Source: an uncultured virus (IMG/VR IMGVR_UViG_3300046314_000297)
Taxonomy: Duplodnaviria > Heunggongvirae > Uroviricota > Caudoviricetes
DNA length: 60,615 nt
Direction: 5' to 3' (one strand)
Virus record (IMG/VR): IMGVR_UViG_3300046314_000297
Within the stretch, counting starts at the first letter, position 1, and each line of letters starts with the position of its first letter. The position numbers and the translations under genes are program-made. Positions 50,064 through 60,410 of the stretch are shown in pieces. A model generated the notes under the pieces. It made no database searches, had not been told where the DNA came from, and was given only the letters and a program-made list of their open reading frames with translations.

Positions 50064-51830
50064 TTGGGAATTTTTAAGCGTAGCTCCGCCCAGCAGCCAA
50101 AAGCTGCTAATCGCCAGCAAGGTCTTCGTGCCTCTGCTGCCCGTAACGCTACTCAGGTAGGCCCTGGCATCTCAGTAGACTCGTTCGGTGTAATTCGTGC
50201 AGAACCTGCAGTCTTCTCTAGCCCACGCCCTCTAACTGCAGCTGCTGCTCAGATTAAGATTGGCGACAAGGGCGAGGCCGAGTCATTTAAATCTCGCCGC
50301 CAGTCTGCCTCTACCGCGTGGCAGTCAGAAGCGTGGGAGTACTACGATGCAATTGGTGAAATTAAATATGCTTTTAACCTTGTGGCGTCTGTCGTATCGC
50401 GTATCCGACTTTACGCAGCTGTTCTAGACGATCCAGCCGAGGCTCCAGTCCCAGTTAACAAGTCAAAGAAGATCGAGGGCGACCTTGCAGCTGCTGCAGA
50501 GCGTGCCCTAGGCCGTCTTGACTCTGCCTATGGAGGCCAGGCTGGTCTTCTTAAGGACGCTGCCCTAAACCTCCAGGTTACTGGCGAGTGCTACCTTGTT
50601 CAGGTTCCAGAGCGTATCGGCTCTCAGCTCCCTGAATCATGGGACATCCGCTCAGTTGATGAGCTTCAGGTTGACCAGAAGGGCAACTACATTATCAATG
50701 CCCGCCGTGGTGTTGGTGGCTCTTCTTCGATGAATGTCTCTAAGGACACCATCAAGCTTCCAAAGGATGCGTTCATTGGACGCGTATGGAAGGCTCACCC
50801 ACGCTATAGCCAGGAGTCTGACAGCTCACTACGCGGCCTTCTAGACCTTTGTGCGGAACTACTACTCTTGAACCGTACTTTCCGTGCTACGGCCCGTTCT
50901 CGCCTCAATGCAGGTGCCCTCTACTTGCCAGACGGTCTATCAGTTGCTGCGTCTCCAGACCCAGATTATCCGTATGATGAAGATGGCGAATACAATGAGC
51001 AGTACAACATTGAAGAAGCTGCTGACGACTTTGAAGACCAGCTTATCGATGCGATGACCACTCCAATCAAGGATGAGGACTCAGCTTCTGCTGTTGTTCC
51101 TCTAATCATCCGCGGTCCTGCAGACCTTGGCGACAAGATCAAGCAGTTCAAGTTCGAGCGTTCATTTGACGACTCTCTTGTTGTTCGTGCTGACCGTGTT
51201 CTTGAGCGCATCATGCAGGGTCTAGACGTTCCTAAGGACGTTGTCTCTGGTATGGCTAACGTTAAGTACTCAAACGCTCTACAGATCGACGAGTCACTTT
51301 ACAAGGCACACATTGAACCTCTAATGCTGCTCATTGTTGACGCGCTTACTGTTGTCTACCTACGCCCTTACCTAATCGCTAATGGCTACGACAAGGCAGA
51401 TGTTAACCGCCTCCACATTTGGTATGACCCATCGGCTGTTGCTACTCGTAACGACCGTGCAGCAGATGCAGATGCAGGCTTCGACAAGATGGCTGTATCA
51501 TTTGACACATGGCGTCGCACCCATGGCTTCTCAGACCAGGATGCACCAGACCCTACAGAGCTTGCACTTCGCATCGTTCTAAACAAGGGTGCTGTTACCC
51601 CTGAGCTAACTCAAGCCTTGCTTACTGCAGTTGCTCCGGATGTTATGAACATGACCCGCGACATTCAGCAGCAGCAGTCAGCAGCACCAATCCCACCTGC
51701 TCTAGACCAGCTACTAACTCAGGCAACCGGAACTCCAGGTGCCCCTGCGGCTCCAGGCGCAGCTCCAGAAGTTGCCCCCGCCGATGCCGGACTAGCAGAA
51801 CCCACCGCACCAACAACACCAGGAGCCTAA
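50064..51830 (+). CDS. Portal protein
   Basis: 588 aa downstream of terL. WQ.EAW.YYD.IGE..YA...A...SR.RL.A and L.V.GE.YL patterns match actinophage portals. Confidence 0.8.
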   Translation: MGIFKRSSAQQPKAANRQQGLRASAARNATQVGPGISVDSFGVIRAEPAVFSSPRPLTAAAAQIKIGDKGEAESFKSRRQSASTAWQSEAWEYYDAIGEIKYAFNLVASVVSRIRLYAAVLDDPAEAPVPVNKSKKIEGDLAAAAERALGRLDSAYGGQAGLLKDAALNLQVTGECYLVQVPERIGSQLPESWDIRSVDELQVDQKGNYIINARRGVGGSSSMNVSKDTIKLPKDAFIGRVWKAHPRYSQESDSSLRGLLDLCAELLLLNRTFRATARSRLNAGALYLPDGLSVAASPDPDYPYDEDGEYNEQYNIEEAADDFEDQLIDAMTTPIKDEDSASAVVPLIIRGPADLGDKIKQFKFERSFDDSLVVRADRVLERIMQGLDVPKDVVSGMANVKYSNALQIDESLYKAHIEPLMLLIVDALTVVYLRPYLIANGYDKADVNRLHIWYDPSAVATRNDRAADADAGFDKMAVSFDTWRRTHGFSDQDAPDPTELALRIVLNKGAVTPELTQALLTAVAPDVMNMTRDIQQQQSAAPIPPALDQLLTQATGTPGAPAAPGAAPEVAPADAGLAEPTAPTTPGA

Positions 51831-51836
51831 TCCAAT

Positions 51837-52361
51837 ATGAATGAATACATCGACGTCCCACTAGACGAGACCGTTATGCCAATTGAAGAAATGCACGAAA
51901 TTAAGCCAGAGCAGTCAGGTATGGATCTAGCTATCCTTCTTGCTCGCGCTGTTGCAGACTCTACAGTAGCGGCCAACATTGCTCACGGATATCACTGGAA
52001 TGTTATGGGCCCAGACTTCAATGAGTATCACGAGTTCTTCGGCGAGATCTATGAAGATATCGATGCTTCAATTGATGACACTGCAGAGAGCATCCTTAAG
52101 CTAGGTCACGAAGCGCCATACCTTCTAACCGACTTCCTAGAGCTGACCTCTATTCACGAAGAACGTATTGATGGCGGAAACACTATTGCAATGCTTGAAT
52201 CTCTACACCGAGTAAATGGAATCCTTATTGGGAAGTTCAACGAGATCTTTGCTGTTGCAAATGATATCAACCGTCAGGACATTGCTAACTACGCAGCTGA
52301 CCGTTTGACAGCGCTACAGAAGCACGCATGGCAGATCAAGGCTTCTCTAGGCATTCGCTAA
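51837..52361 (+). CDS. dps: Dps/ferritin-like protein
   Basis: HGYHWNVMGPDF.EYHEFF.E.Y......D..AE and K..W. Confidence 0.9.
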   Translation: MNEYIDVPLDETVMPIEEMHEIKPEQSGMDLAILLARAVADSTVAANIAHGYHWNVMGPDFNEYHEFFGEIYEDIDASIDDTAESILKLGHEAPYLLTDFLELTSIHEERIDGGNTIAMLESLHRVNGILIGKFNEIFAVANDINRQDIANYAADRLTALQKHAWQIKASLGIR

Positions 52362-52365
52362 ACTT

Positions 52366-52405
52366 AAAAAAGTAACCCCCGGCCTACCCGCCGGGGTTAT
52401 TTTTT
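52366..52405 (+). terminator. Intrinsic terminator after dps
   Basis: TAACCCC(C)GGC...GCCGGGGTTA followed by a T tract. Confidence 0.8.
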
Positions 52406-52509
52406 ACCTTAATCCAAATAACATACCCCAGTCTTCTGTAAACTTTTAGTAGGCTATTTGTAGCACGAAAACTTTACCGCAGTGTCAGCGTTCAAAAAGA
52501 AGGATACGC

Positions 52510-55431
52510 ATGTCTTATCTAGACAAATTTAACCCAGAAACCATTCTTGCAGGAATCGGATTTAACGATGGAGCAAACAACGGCTTCTGGCGTGTACAAC
52601 CGCGTCTAAAGTTTGGTAAGGGTGCTGGCCAGTGGATTGAGATGGGTGCCGAGCTTCGTGCTGCATTCAAGATCAATGGCAAGGTCTCTAGTGTTCCTGG
52701 TCGCTCAGCTGGTTCTGGCGGAACCCCTGACACCGTACGTCTTCTAGTTCAGAACATGAGCGACAAGGGTATTCCTGATGGCATCTACGAAGTCAAGACC
52801 AAGCACGTTGAGCTAATTGGTGCTACTCTTCCAGAGAGCTACCTAAAGTCAAAGGGCATCAAGACTGAAGGCAACGCTGACAACCTTGGCGGACTGACTG
52901 ACGCTGCTGATATCCCAGAGCTAAAGGATATGAACACCGCTCCAATTACTCCAGATGACATCCGTCTTGTTAACGACGGTATCAACTCTCCAGAGGGCCG
53001 TGAGCAGTCTGCTTTCAAGGAGTCACCAGAAGGTAAGGCTATTGCCCAGCTTCCAGAAGATGCCGCCGAGCCGATGTCTGGCAATGAAGCCATTGACCAG
53101 GCTACTGAGCCAGGTGCATTTATGGACCAGGAACGTCAGCTATGGAATAAGACATCAGATCTTATGGACCAGATGATTAAGCTTGACTCATCTGACCCTA
53201 AGAACCTTCCAGAGCTAGAGCGCCTCTCCGCTGAGTATGAAAAGGCTCAGGCTGAGTACGATGCTATTGCTGGCGACATGCACAATGCGCAGGACATCGA
53301 GCACCTGGTTGACTACGCTCTAAACAAGGCTGGCAACGACGAGCCAGTTAATGTAGATGAGATCATCTCGATGGCTAAGGCTTCAGTATCCGACAAGAAG
53401 ACTCCTGTTTCTCAGCTGAAGGGTATGAAGACAACCGCCAAGCCTGCATCTATGGAGCCTGGCGACATTTTCAACGACCGTGGCACCGACTATGTATTCG
53501 AAGCACCTGGCGAGCGCGACCGCGTATCTAAGACCCAGACTGTGTTTGCTAAGGACTACAACACCGGCGAGTCTAAGGAAATTCTTCTTGACACTGACGT
53601 TGCTACTCCTGTTTTCCGCCCTGACGCAGTTCAGCCAGAGCCTAAGGCTCCAGAAGCCCCTAAGGCCGCTAAGGTAGCAGAGCTTCCTAAGGCTCCAGAG
53701 GCTGCTCCAGCTCCAGAAGCTCCTAAGGCACCGGAAGCTACTCCAACTCCAACTCCGGAGGTGCCTGCAGCTCCAAAGCCAAAGAAGGCTGCTAAGACTG
53801 ACAAGACTGGAACTAAGGGAAACAAGGCTACGCCTGCCCCTACTCCAGAGCTAGACCAGACCACTCCTGAAGCTAAGGCAATTGATGCTGGACGCGAGGA
53901 TAAGGGTCAGGACATTGACTTCTCCCCTATCTCAGATGAGGAACTATTCGGTCGCAAGCTAGATACCAAGGGGTCTAAGTCTGGTGCCGACGCTATCGTT
54001 GAGCAGCTACTTAAGGACTACCCTGACGCCGCTGTAACCCCAGACGGCACTATTGTTCTGGAGCGTCGTAAGTTCACTGATTCTAACGGCAAGACCTACA
54101 CCATGGAAAGCCGTGTCAACCGTACCGAAGGCAACCAGTTCATGGTTAGCCAGAAGGTAACTGATGAAAATGGCGAGTCTACCGAGTACTTCCAGTACGA
54201 CTACAAGGATTCGTACTCAGCTATTCACGGTAAGACTAATGGTATTCGCCGCATGAGCCGTATCCTTGCTGGTGAAGAGTCTCCTCTACAGGAGAAGCTA
54301 CTTTCTGGTAAGAAGGCTGGACAGCCAAACCCTAACTACCTAAAGCACTTTGGACCTGGCACCAACCTAGCTGACCGTCTCGGCTACTTCCGTGACAAGT
54401 TTAACGACAAGGCTGGAAACAAGAACCTGCAGGAATACCGCCTACTAACTCTTCCAGAGATGACCAACCGTATTCTTGATGGTCGCGACCGTACCTTCAA
54501 CCCAAGCCTCTCTAACAACCAGATTGGTAACGTTCAGCGTAGTTTCATCCAGAGCTTCTGGGAAGCAGCTAAGAACAAGGACAGCATCGGCATGGCCGAA
54601 GTTATGTCTGGCCTCATGGGACGCCTGCCTGACAATGAGTCATCTCGTCAGCTAGCTCTTGCAGCAGTTCGTGCTGGAGTCAAGAAGAACCTTCCTGACG
54701 CAAACAAGAAGGAACTATCTGGATTTGTAACTGCTGCGTACGCTGCAATGGTCAAGAAGTATGACTTCCGTAACCAGGTTCGCCCGCCGCACGTTTCAGG
54801 CGATGGAATCACTCCGGTTGAGGCTGGACAGTTCGTAGCATGGTACAACAATGAAGGTGACCGCTCAGTTGGTTTCGTTGCTAACCTAGTAGAACGTGTT
54901 GGCTCTGGTGCTGGTCCTAATGAGTATACCGACGCAGCATACGTCATCTTCGGTGACGGAACTCGCCGTAAGCTTGTGACCAAGAACATGGATATTATTG
55001 AAGCTGGTCACGCTTCTGACCTGACCTCATACAAGGGCTGGATCACCAAGGAAGAGAAGCTAGTTCGCCGTGGATTTGACCCGAACATCTATGCAGTTGC
55101 AGACAATAAGCGCCAAGCTGCTGACCTTGCAGACCAGGGCTTCAACCCAGCAACTAACGCTGCTAACCCTAACCTTGGAACTCAGGGTAACGAGGATGCA
55201 AAGGTTACTAAGGCAGACAAGACTGTAAAGCCTGCAGCTGACCTAATTACTGGTGACGGCATCTTCGACAATGACTTCACTAAGGTTGGTACCGTTATGG
55301 ACACCGACCTAACTGAAATCGATGGTCAGCCAGTTGTTGTAGTCACCTACCGTGACCTTAAGACTAACGAAGTCAAAACTGTTGGATATCTTCCAGAGCA
55401 GATGGTTGGTGGCCAGGGCCCAAAAGCCTAA
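52510..55431 (+). CDS. Large head-region protein, 973 aa, N-terminal part of a predicted frameshift fusion
   Basis: Strong codon bias, an APEAPK linker, and a C-terminus ...GPKA* lying over the C CCA AAA heptamer. Confidence 0.8.
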   Translation: MSYLDKFNPETILAGIGFNDGANNGFWRVQPRLKFGKGAGQWIEMGAELRAAFKINGKVSSVPGRSAGSGGTPDTVRLLVQNMSDKGIPDGIYEVKTKHVELIGATLPESYLKSKGIKTEGNADNLGGLTDAADIPELKDMNTAPITPDDIRLVNDGINSPEGREQSAFKESPEGKAIAQLPEDAAEPMSGNEAIDQATEPGAFMDQERQLWNKTSDLMDQMIKLDSSDPKNLPELERLSAEYEKAQAEYDAIAGDMHNAQDIEHLVDYALNKAGNDEPVNVDEIISMAKASVSDKKTPVSQLKGMKTTAKPASMEPGDIFNDRGTDYVFEAPGERDRVSKTQTVFAKDYNTGESKEILLDTDVATPVFRPDAVQPEPKAPEAPKAAKVAELPKAPEAAPAPEAPKAPEATPTPTPEVPAAPKPKKAAKTDKTGTKGNKATPAPTPELDQTTPEAKAIDAGREDKGQDIDFSPISDEELFGRKLDTKGSKSGADAIVEQLLKDYPDAAVTPDGTIVLERRKFTDSNGKTYTMESRVNRTEGNQFMVSQKVTDENGESTEYFQYDYKDSYSAIHGKTNGIRRMSRILAGEESPLQEKLLSGKKAGQPNPNYLKHFGPGTNLADRLGYFRDKFNDKAGNKNLQEYRLLTLPEMTNRILDGRDRTFNPSLSNNQIGNVQRSFIQSFWEAAKNKDSIGMAEVMSGLMGRLPDNESSRQLALAAVRAGVKKNLPDANKKELSGFVTAAYAAMVKKYDFRNQVRPPHVSGDGITPVEAGQFVAWYNNEGDRSVGFVANLVERVGSGAGPNEYTDAAYVIFGDGTRRKLVTKNMDIIEAGHASDLTSYKGWITKEEKLVRRGFDPNIYAVADNKRQAADLADQGFNPATNAANPNLGTQGNEDAKVTKADKTVKPAADLITGDGIFDNDFTKVGTVMDTDLTEIDGQPVVVVTYRDLKTNEVKTVGYLPEQMVGGQGPKA

Positions 55432-55460
55432 AGCCTTCATCGGATAAGTCCGAAGGAGGC
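55419..55460 (+). promoter_or_regulatory. Predicted -1 programmed frameshift signal
   Basis: X XXY YYZ heptamer CCCAAAA (55419-55425), a 7-nt spacer, then hairpin GCCTTC-A-TCGGA-TAAG-TCCGA-A-GGAGGC (55433-55460). Confidence 0.75.
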
Positions 55461-57035
55461 GACAAGCCGATAGTAGAACCAGTCGTAATTAAGCAATCGA
55501 TCTCGACTGGCAAGGTAGACAATACCCCTATCAAAATCTCGTCGCCTCTATCGGATGCTCCAGCAGATAACACCCCGCTAAACATTGACCTGAGCTCTTT
55601 CAAGAAGCCAGCAGCGACAAACAACACACCAATCCCAATTGACCTATCTAAGCTAACCCCTAAAACGGAGAAGACTTCCTCATATCTAGACAACGAGACC
55701 ATTCTTTCGCTATATAACGGGCTAGATGATCACCTGCTAGGCGACTACTCTCCCGATGAGGTTCTACACTCTGACAACCTAAATACTGCAGCAGCTGCTA
55801 TGCAGGATAAGCTGCAGAAGCTGATTGCCTCCGGCACTGCTGGCGAAGCTACTGTTAGCACCTTTAAGAATCTGTACAAAAAGCGTCTTCAGGATATTTT
55901 GAACTACAACAAGACACTTCAGGCTCGCTACTCAGGCGTTCGAGGTGAAGTTAAGAGCTACAAGCCAGAGATTTCTTCTGACCCTATTCTCACCCCTGCC
56001 GAGCTTGCCGAAATTAATGCTAATGTCCAGTTTGCCGACGAGGCCGGAGCTATTCATGAGTCGGTCGGTACCTACACCCGCAGGGCTAGTCAACAATACA
56101 CACTGAACCAGCTACGCGCACTTCAAGCATCTGCTGACGAGTCTAATGCCGAAACCGAGCTAGCTGGGAACATCCCAGAAGGTTTCCAGCTCTACACACA
56201 TGCTCAACACTGGGACGATAGAGTATCCGATCAGGCTAGTAATAACGTGTCCAAGCGCGTTGCTACGGTCACATTGCTGTTTAAAACTCCGGGCCGATCC
56301 CCTAAGAATCTGTATAGCGACTTGGTCATTGTCCCTAGCGATCCAAAATTGAAAGGCACTAGGTTCAATATTCAGCGATCCGGTAGCGGGCATGTTTTGT
56401 CCCCTAGTCAGCTAAAAGACGCTACTGAAGCTTTTACTGCAGCTGCTAAAAATATGGACCTATATAGCCCGGATGTAAATAATTGGAGCACCCCTGGCGT
56501 GCGCTATCAATTCGGGATCTTTAATGATGATCCAGAGTTTAGACCTAGTGGCGTCCTGGCTTATGCCAGCAACATCGGGTCAGTAGTTAGATTCCACACC
56601 AATAGAATCCAGCTTCACAGCTGGGATTTCGAGAACCAGCACACTAACGGCGATAAAGAGCTAGAGCACCACTTCGCTGCAGAAGAAGCAATAAAAAATG
56701 GTGACCTAACCATGCTTCAGTACACACTCTTCCACGAGACTGGGCACATCTTGGAATACAAGCGCGTCCCTATTAACTCATGGTATCGCTACATGAAGAA
56801 CCGTAAGCCAGCCCGCCGTTGGGCGCAGTACAAATCTGACTTTGGTGGTAACACCCCTATCAGCGGGTACTCTAAGGATTCCGAGGCAGAGCACATTGCC
56901 GAAGCTATTGCTAAGTATCTAGCTACCGGAGAAGCTTCTCCGCAATTTAGAGACTTCATGATTAAGTATGCAATTGCAAATGGCGGTCAGGATTTCGTTC
57001 AATTGCCTAAACCAGCTAGTGCTAACCAGAAATAG
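55425..57035 (+). CDS. -1 frame extension with a C-terminal zincin-type metallopeptidase domain
   Basis: Frame is open from the slippery site with no start codon until 55800. Motifs FHETGH and SGYS....AEHIAEA. Confidence 0.75.
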   Translation, partial: SLKPSSDKSEGGDKPIVEPVVIKQSISTGKVDNTPIKISSPLSDAPADNTPLNIDLSSFKKPAATNNTPIPIDLSKLTPKTEKTSSYLDNETILSLYNGLDDHLLGDYSPDEVLHSDNLNTAAAAMQDKLQKLIASGTAGEATVSTFKNLYKKRLQDILNYNKTLQARYSGVRGEVKSYKPEISSDPILTPAELAEINANVQFADEAGAIHESVGTYTRRASQQYTLNQLRALQASADESNAETELAGNIPEGFQLYTHAQHWDDRVSDQASNNVSKRVATVTLLFKTPGRSPKNLYSDLVIVPSDPKLKGTRFNIQRSGSGHVLSPSQLKDATEAFTAAAKNMDLYSPDVNNWSTPGVRYQFGIFNDDPEFRPSGVLAYASNIGSVVRFHTNRIQLHSWDFENQHTNGDKELEHHFAAEEAIKNGDLTMLQYTLFHETGHILEYKRVPINSWYRYMKNRKPARRWAQYKSDFGGNTPISGYSKDSEAEHIAEAIAKYLATGEASPQFRDFMIKYAIANGGQDFVQLPKPASANQK

Positions 57036-57051
57036 GGTATAGACTTTTATC

Positions 57052-57237
57052 ATGGCTGAAGAAAACTATACTGATAACCCAGAACTCTGGATCCGCACCA
57101 TTACGGAGACCACTGGCACCCGTGAGATTATCGAAGACCTTAGTCTTCTCAGCGACGAGGAGCTCATGGAAAAGGCTAATGACTACCCAGAACTGGAACA
57201 GCTAGTCATAAATCGCAGACTGAAGCGCTTTCTTTAG
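57052..57237 (+). CDS. Small acidic protein, candidate immunity or inhibitor
   Basis: Leaderless ATG after TAGACT, directly behind the peptidase domain. Confidence 0.55.
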   Translation: MAEENYTDNPELWIRTITETTGTREIIEDLSLLSDEELMEKANDYPELEQLVINRRLKRFL

Positions 57238-57322
57238 TCGCTATCTCTGTTTTAAGGTAAAATTGTCTTAGGCGTGTCTCTATTATGCGCCTAGACCTAC
57301 ATGAGGAAAGAACAACATACAC

Positions 57323-57700
57323 ATGGCTAACTCAACACTAGGTTTTAACGTATACATTTACGTAGACCCTGAGACTCAGGTTGTAGACTCTATCCACGCC
57401 TACCACACCTTTGGTGCTTCAGTCCGCCTTAATGCTGACTGGGTATCAATGAGCCAGGACGAGCTAGACGAGAACCTAGCTGACCTTGCCGGAGACCTCG
57501 TGTATTCTCTAGATTGGTCTACTGACTACACTGCTGCAGGGGATGCAGCTGACGACGATGACTCAGAGCACGTCGCTATCGAACTTTATGACCAGGATGA
57601 ACTTACTTTTGATGAAGTTCAGAAGTACGCAAAACTAGCAACTGAGGCCGAAGAGGCTGACGGTATTCCAGACGTAACTACAGACGAAGAATCAGCTTAA
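57323..57700 (+). CDS. Acidic hypothetical protein
   Basis: GAGGAAAG RBS and upstream GGTAAAAT box. Confidence 0.7.
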   Translation: MANSTLGFNVYIYVDPETQVVDSIHAYHTFGASVRLNADWVSMSQDELDENLADLAGDLVYSLDWSTDYTAAGDAADDDDSEHVAIELYDQDELTFDEVQKYAKLATEAEEADGIPDVTTDEESA

Positions 57701-57723
57701 TCAACTCTTAAGAACGGTACAAA

Positions 57724-60405
57724 ATGCCTCAATACCTCGGCTCTTCAGACAACCTGGCCCTGTTTTCACAGGGTAACCAGGGTATTGTTGTTGACACTGC
57801 TCTAAACCTAGTTCTAGATGCAGGACCGCTTGACCTAGTTCTAGCTAGCCGCAACGTCATGTGGCGTGATAATGGTCTAGAAATTTCGGAAGAGCTAGAT
57901 ACTCTAGTTTCTTCTGCCGTAACTGTTGAAGAAGATGCTCTAACTGCAGCAGCTAGCCGTATGTATACTATTCCAGGCGGCGCTCAGGCAGAAGCCAAGA
58001 AGGCATTGGCTTGGCATAAGAAGCACCACCGCGGCGGCACTCCAGTTGGTTTAAATACTGCACGCACTCTTGCAAAGGGTGGCCAGATCGGCATCGAAAA
58101 GATCCGCCACATCGCTAAGTACTTCCCTCGTCACGAAGTTGACAAAAAGGGCAAGGGCTGGGCTCCAGGCGAGGACAACTTCCCGTCTAATGGTCGTATC
58201 GCATGGGCCCTTTGGGGCGGAGATGCCGGACAGCGTTGGGCCTCTACTATCGTTAAGCGTGAAAACGCTATTACTGCTGACGCATATGCCGTCAACGAGT
58301 ACGATGCATACGCTGATGAGCCAGCACTAAACGCATTTAAGATGGCGCATGAACTAGACGAGAACTTTGGTCCAGAATTTTTGGCTCGTGTTCGCATGGA
58401 TGGTTCTGGATTCGACCGCCTATACAAGGTTGGCATTGATGGTACCGTTTCAGTCTGGGATGACTGCAGCTGGGATGATCTGGGAAACGTAGATTCAGAT
58501 ATCTGGACTTACGACCGTGCTCTAGATGACCCATACGACTCTGTAGGCAAGGACCACGTCATTATTGATGCTGAGTCTGCTTTTGTTATTGCCTCTCTTC
58601 TTGAGAAGAGCCCACATGCTCCGGTCTACATTGATGACATCGATACTGAAGAGGCTCGTCTAGTTGCACTAGGTCTTCTAGAAGATGACCTAGCTTTTGT
58701 AGACTCAGCAATCACTGCTGCAGCTACCGTAGCTGCTAAACCAGTAGCAGCTACTAAGGGTAACGACCAAGATGGCGTCGACACCCCGGAGGAGCGTGCT
58801 GCTCGTTCAGAGAACCAGCCACGCAATGCGCTAGGACGATTTGCTACTGCTGGCCAGAAGGTTGCTGTTGGCGGAGACGTTTCTCGTGGAGCCGGAACGA
58901 TTACCAAGGTTGATGCAAAAACCGGTCTAGTAGACGTCAAGCTAAACTCCGGCTCAACGATTAGTGTTGACGCTAAATACACTCAGCCTTTAGAGGGAAT
59001 GCCTCAGCCAGCAGCTGCTCCAGCTGGCGGGCTTATCAATACAAAGCCACTAGATACTTCAGGTATCTTCGCTAAGCCACGTGCTCAGGTAAATATGACT
59101 AAGGCTACGCTGCCTTCTAGCGCATCTACCGCATCTAGCGACCAGCTAAAGAGCGGCCTATCTGGATTCGCTTCTTACGTAGCTGCCCAGCGTACTGCTA
59201 CTGCAGACAACAAGGGAAAGATTGGCGTTCTAAAGGACGGCAAGATTACTCTGGCTCAGGGCATCAGCAAGGCTGTAGCCGAGGACAATAAGAACAGCAA
59301 GATTGTTCAGCCTATTCTTAAGGGCGGTAAAGACCTTATTGAAGGTAAGACCCATGTTTCTCAGGACATTGGCAAGGCAATTGGTAAGGCTGTAACTGAC
59401 GCAGGTGCTGGTGTTGGCGGTCGTTCTGCCAACATTCCAGACAAGCGTTCTGGCTTCCGCGGTATTGGTGGAACCAAGCCTACAACTACTACAAAGCCTG
59501 GTCCAGATGCAGTAGAGCGCAAGGGTGCCCCAGCAACAAAGCCGGGACCAGATGCAGTCGAGCGCAAGGGTGCACCTAAGCCAGCAGTAAAGCCAGCAGT
59601 AAAGCCAGCAGTCAAGCCGGCAGTAAAGCCAGCAGCTAAGGGCGGAGACTACACGATTCAGAAGGGCGACAACCTATGGTCTATCGCCGAGAAGAATAAG
59701 CCAGCTGGCGTAAGTACCGCTGACTACTGGAAGCAGATTCTTGATGCAAACCCTAAGGGCAACTTCAAGAGTGGCGACCACAACCTGATCTATTCTGGCG
59801 AGAAGGTAATTCTTCCAGGTAAGACTAAGTCGACCCCTACAGATTCTCGCAACGCGCCGGGCTCAAACAAGAGCACCCCGAGCAAGACCGACTCACGCAA
59901 TGCGCCTGGCTCTAACAAGAACGGCCCAACTGATTCTCGTAATGCTCCTGGATCTAACAAATCTAATGCAAAACCAGGCCCAGATGCAGTCGAGCGCAAG
60001 GGTGCACCTAAGAAGTACTCAGGCCCAATGATTGACCCTAACACCGGTAAGTCTACAATTACTGACTCGAACAAGGGTACGCCGGTTAAGCTACAAGGCA
60101 CTCCTAAGGATGCTCCTTTTGTGAAGAAGACTGGAACTGACACTACTGACGTAGTCGGAGTTCCAGCTAAGAAAACAAAAACCTATTCAGGTCCGATGGT
60201 AGATCCTAAGACTGGTAAGTCTACAATTCCTACGGCTACTACACCAAAGCCGGGTACCCCAGTTCAGGGAAATAAACTCCCTAACGTTGGTGCAAAGTAT
60301 ACTGGTATTACTACTAAATCTGCCAACCTAGGCGGTAAGGGCAAGGCTGGCGCTAAGCGTCAGAAGCCTGGTGACGGTAGCATGCTCTTCAAAACAGGGA
60401 AGTAA
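57724..60405 (+). CDS. Multidomain head-region protein with LysM domain and basic peptide repeats
   Basis: GGTPVG..AR.LA...YFPRHEVDK...GRIAWALWGGDAG domain and LysM YTIQKGDNLWSIA...LIYSGEKVILP. Repeats: KPGPDAVERKGAP x3, TDSRNAPGSNK x3, KPAV x4. Confidence 0.8.
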   Translation: MPQYLGSSDNLALFSQGNQGIVVDTALNLVLDAGPLDLVLASRNVMWRDNGLEISEELDTLVSSAVTVEEDALTAAASRMYTIPGGAQAEAKKALAWHKKHHRGGTPVGLNTARTLAKGGQIGIEKIRHIAKYFPRHEVDKKGKGWAPGEDNFPSNGRIAWALWGGDAGQRWASTIVKRENAITADAYAVNEYDAYADEPALNAFKMAHELDENFGPEFLARVRMDGSGFDRLYKVGIDGTVSVWDDCSWDDLGNVDSDIWTYDRALDDPYDSVGKDHVIIDAESAFVIASLLEKSPHAPVYIDDIDTEEARLVALGLLEDDLAFVDSAITAAATVAAKPVAATKGNDQDGVDTPEERAARSENQPRNALGRFATAGQKVAVGGDVSRGAGTITKVDAKTGLVDVKLNSGSTISVDAKYTQPLEGMPQPAAAPAGGLINTKPLDTSGIFAKPRAQVNMTKATLPSSASTASSDQLKSGLSGFASYVAAQRTATADNKGKIGVLKDGKITLAQGISKAVAEDNKNSKIVQPILKGGKDLIEGKTHVSQDIGKAIGKAVTDAGAGVGGRSANIPDKRSGFRGIGGTKPTTTTKPGPDAVERKGAPATKPGPDAVERKGAPKPAVKPAVKPAVKPAVKPAAKGGDYTIQKGDNLWSIAEKNKPAGVSTADYWKQILDANPKGNFKSGDHNLIYSGEKVILPGKTKSTPTDSRNAPGSNKSTPSKTDSRNAPGSNKNGPTDSRNAPGSNKSNAKPGPDAVERKGAPKKYSGPMIDPNTGKSTITDSNKGTPVKLQGTPKDAPFVKKTGTDTTDVVGVPAKKTKTYSGPMVDPKTGKSTIPTATTPKPGTPVQGNKLPNVGAKYTGITTKSANLGGKGKAGAKRQKPGDGSMLFKTGK

Positions 60406-60410
60406 GGACT

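Noticed and set aside
55800..57035. Independent gene starting at ATG 55800
   Set aside because: There is no RBS or -10 box, and the frame stays open and protein-like back to the slippery site at 55419.
59480..60240. Tandem DNA repeats as a non-coding or mobile element
   Set aside because: They are in-frame peptide repeats with synonymous variation inside the 57724 gene.
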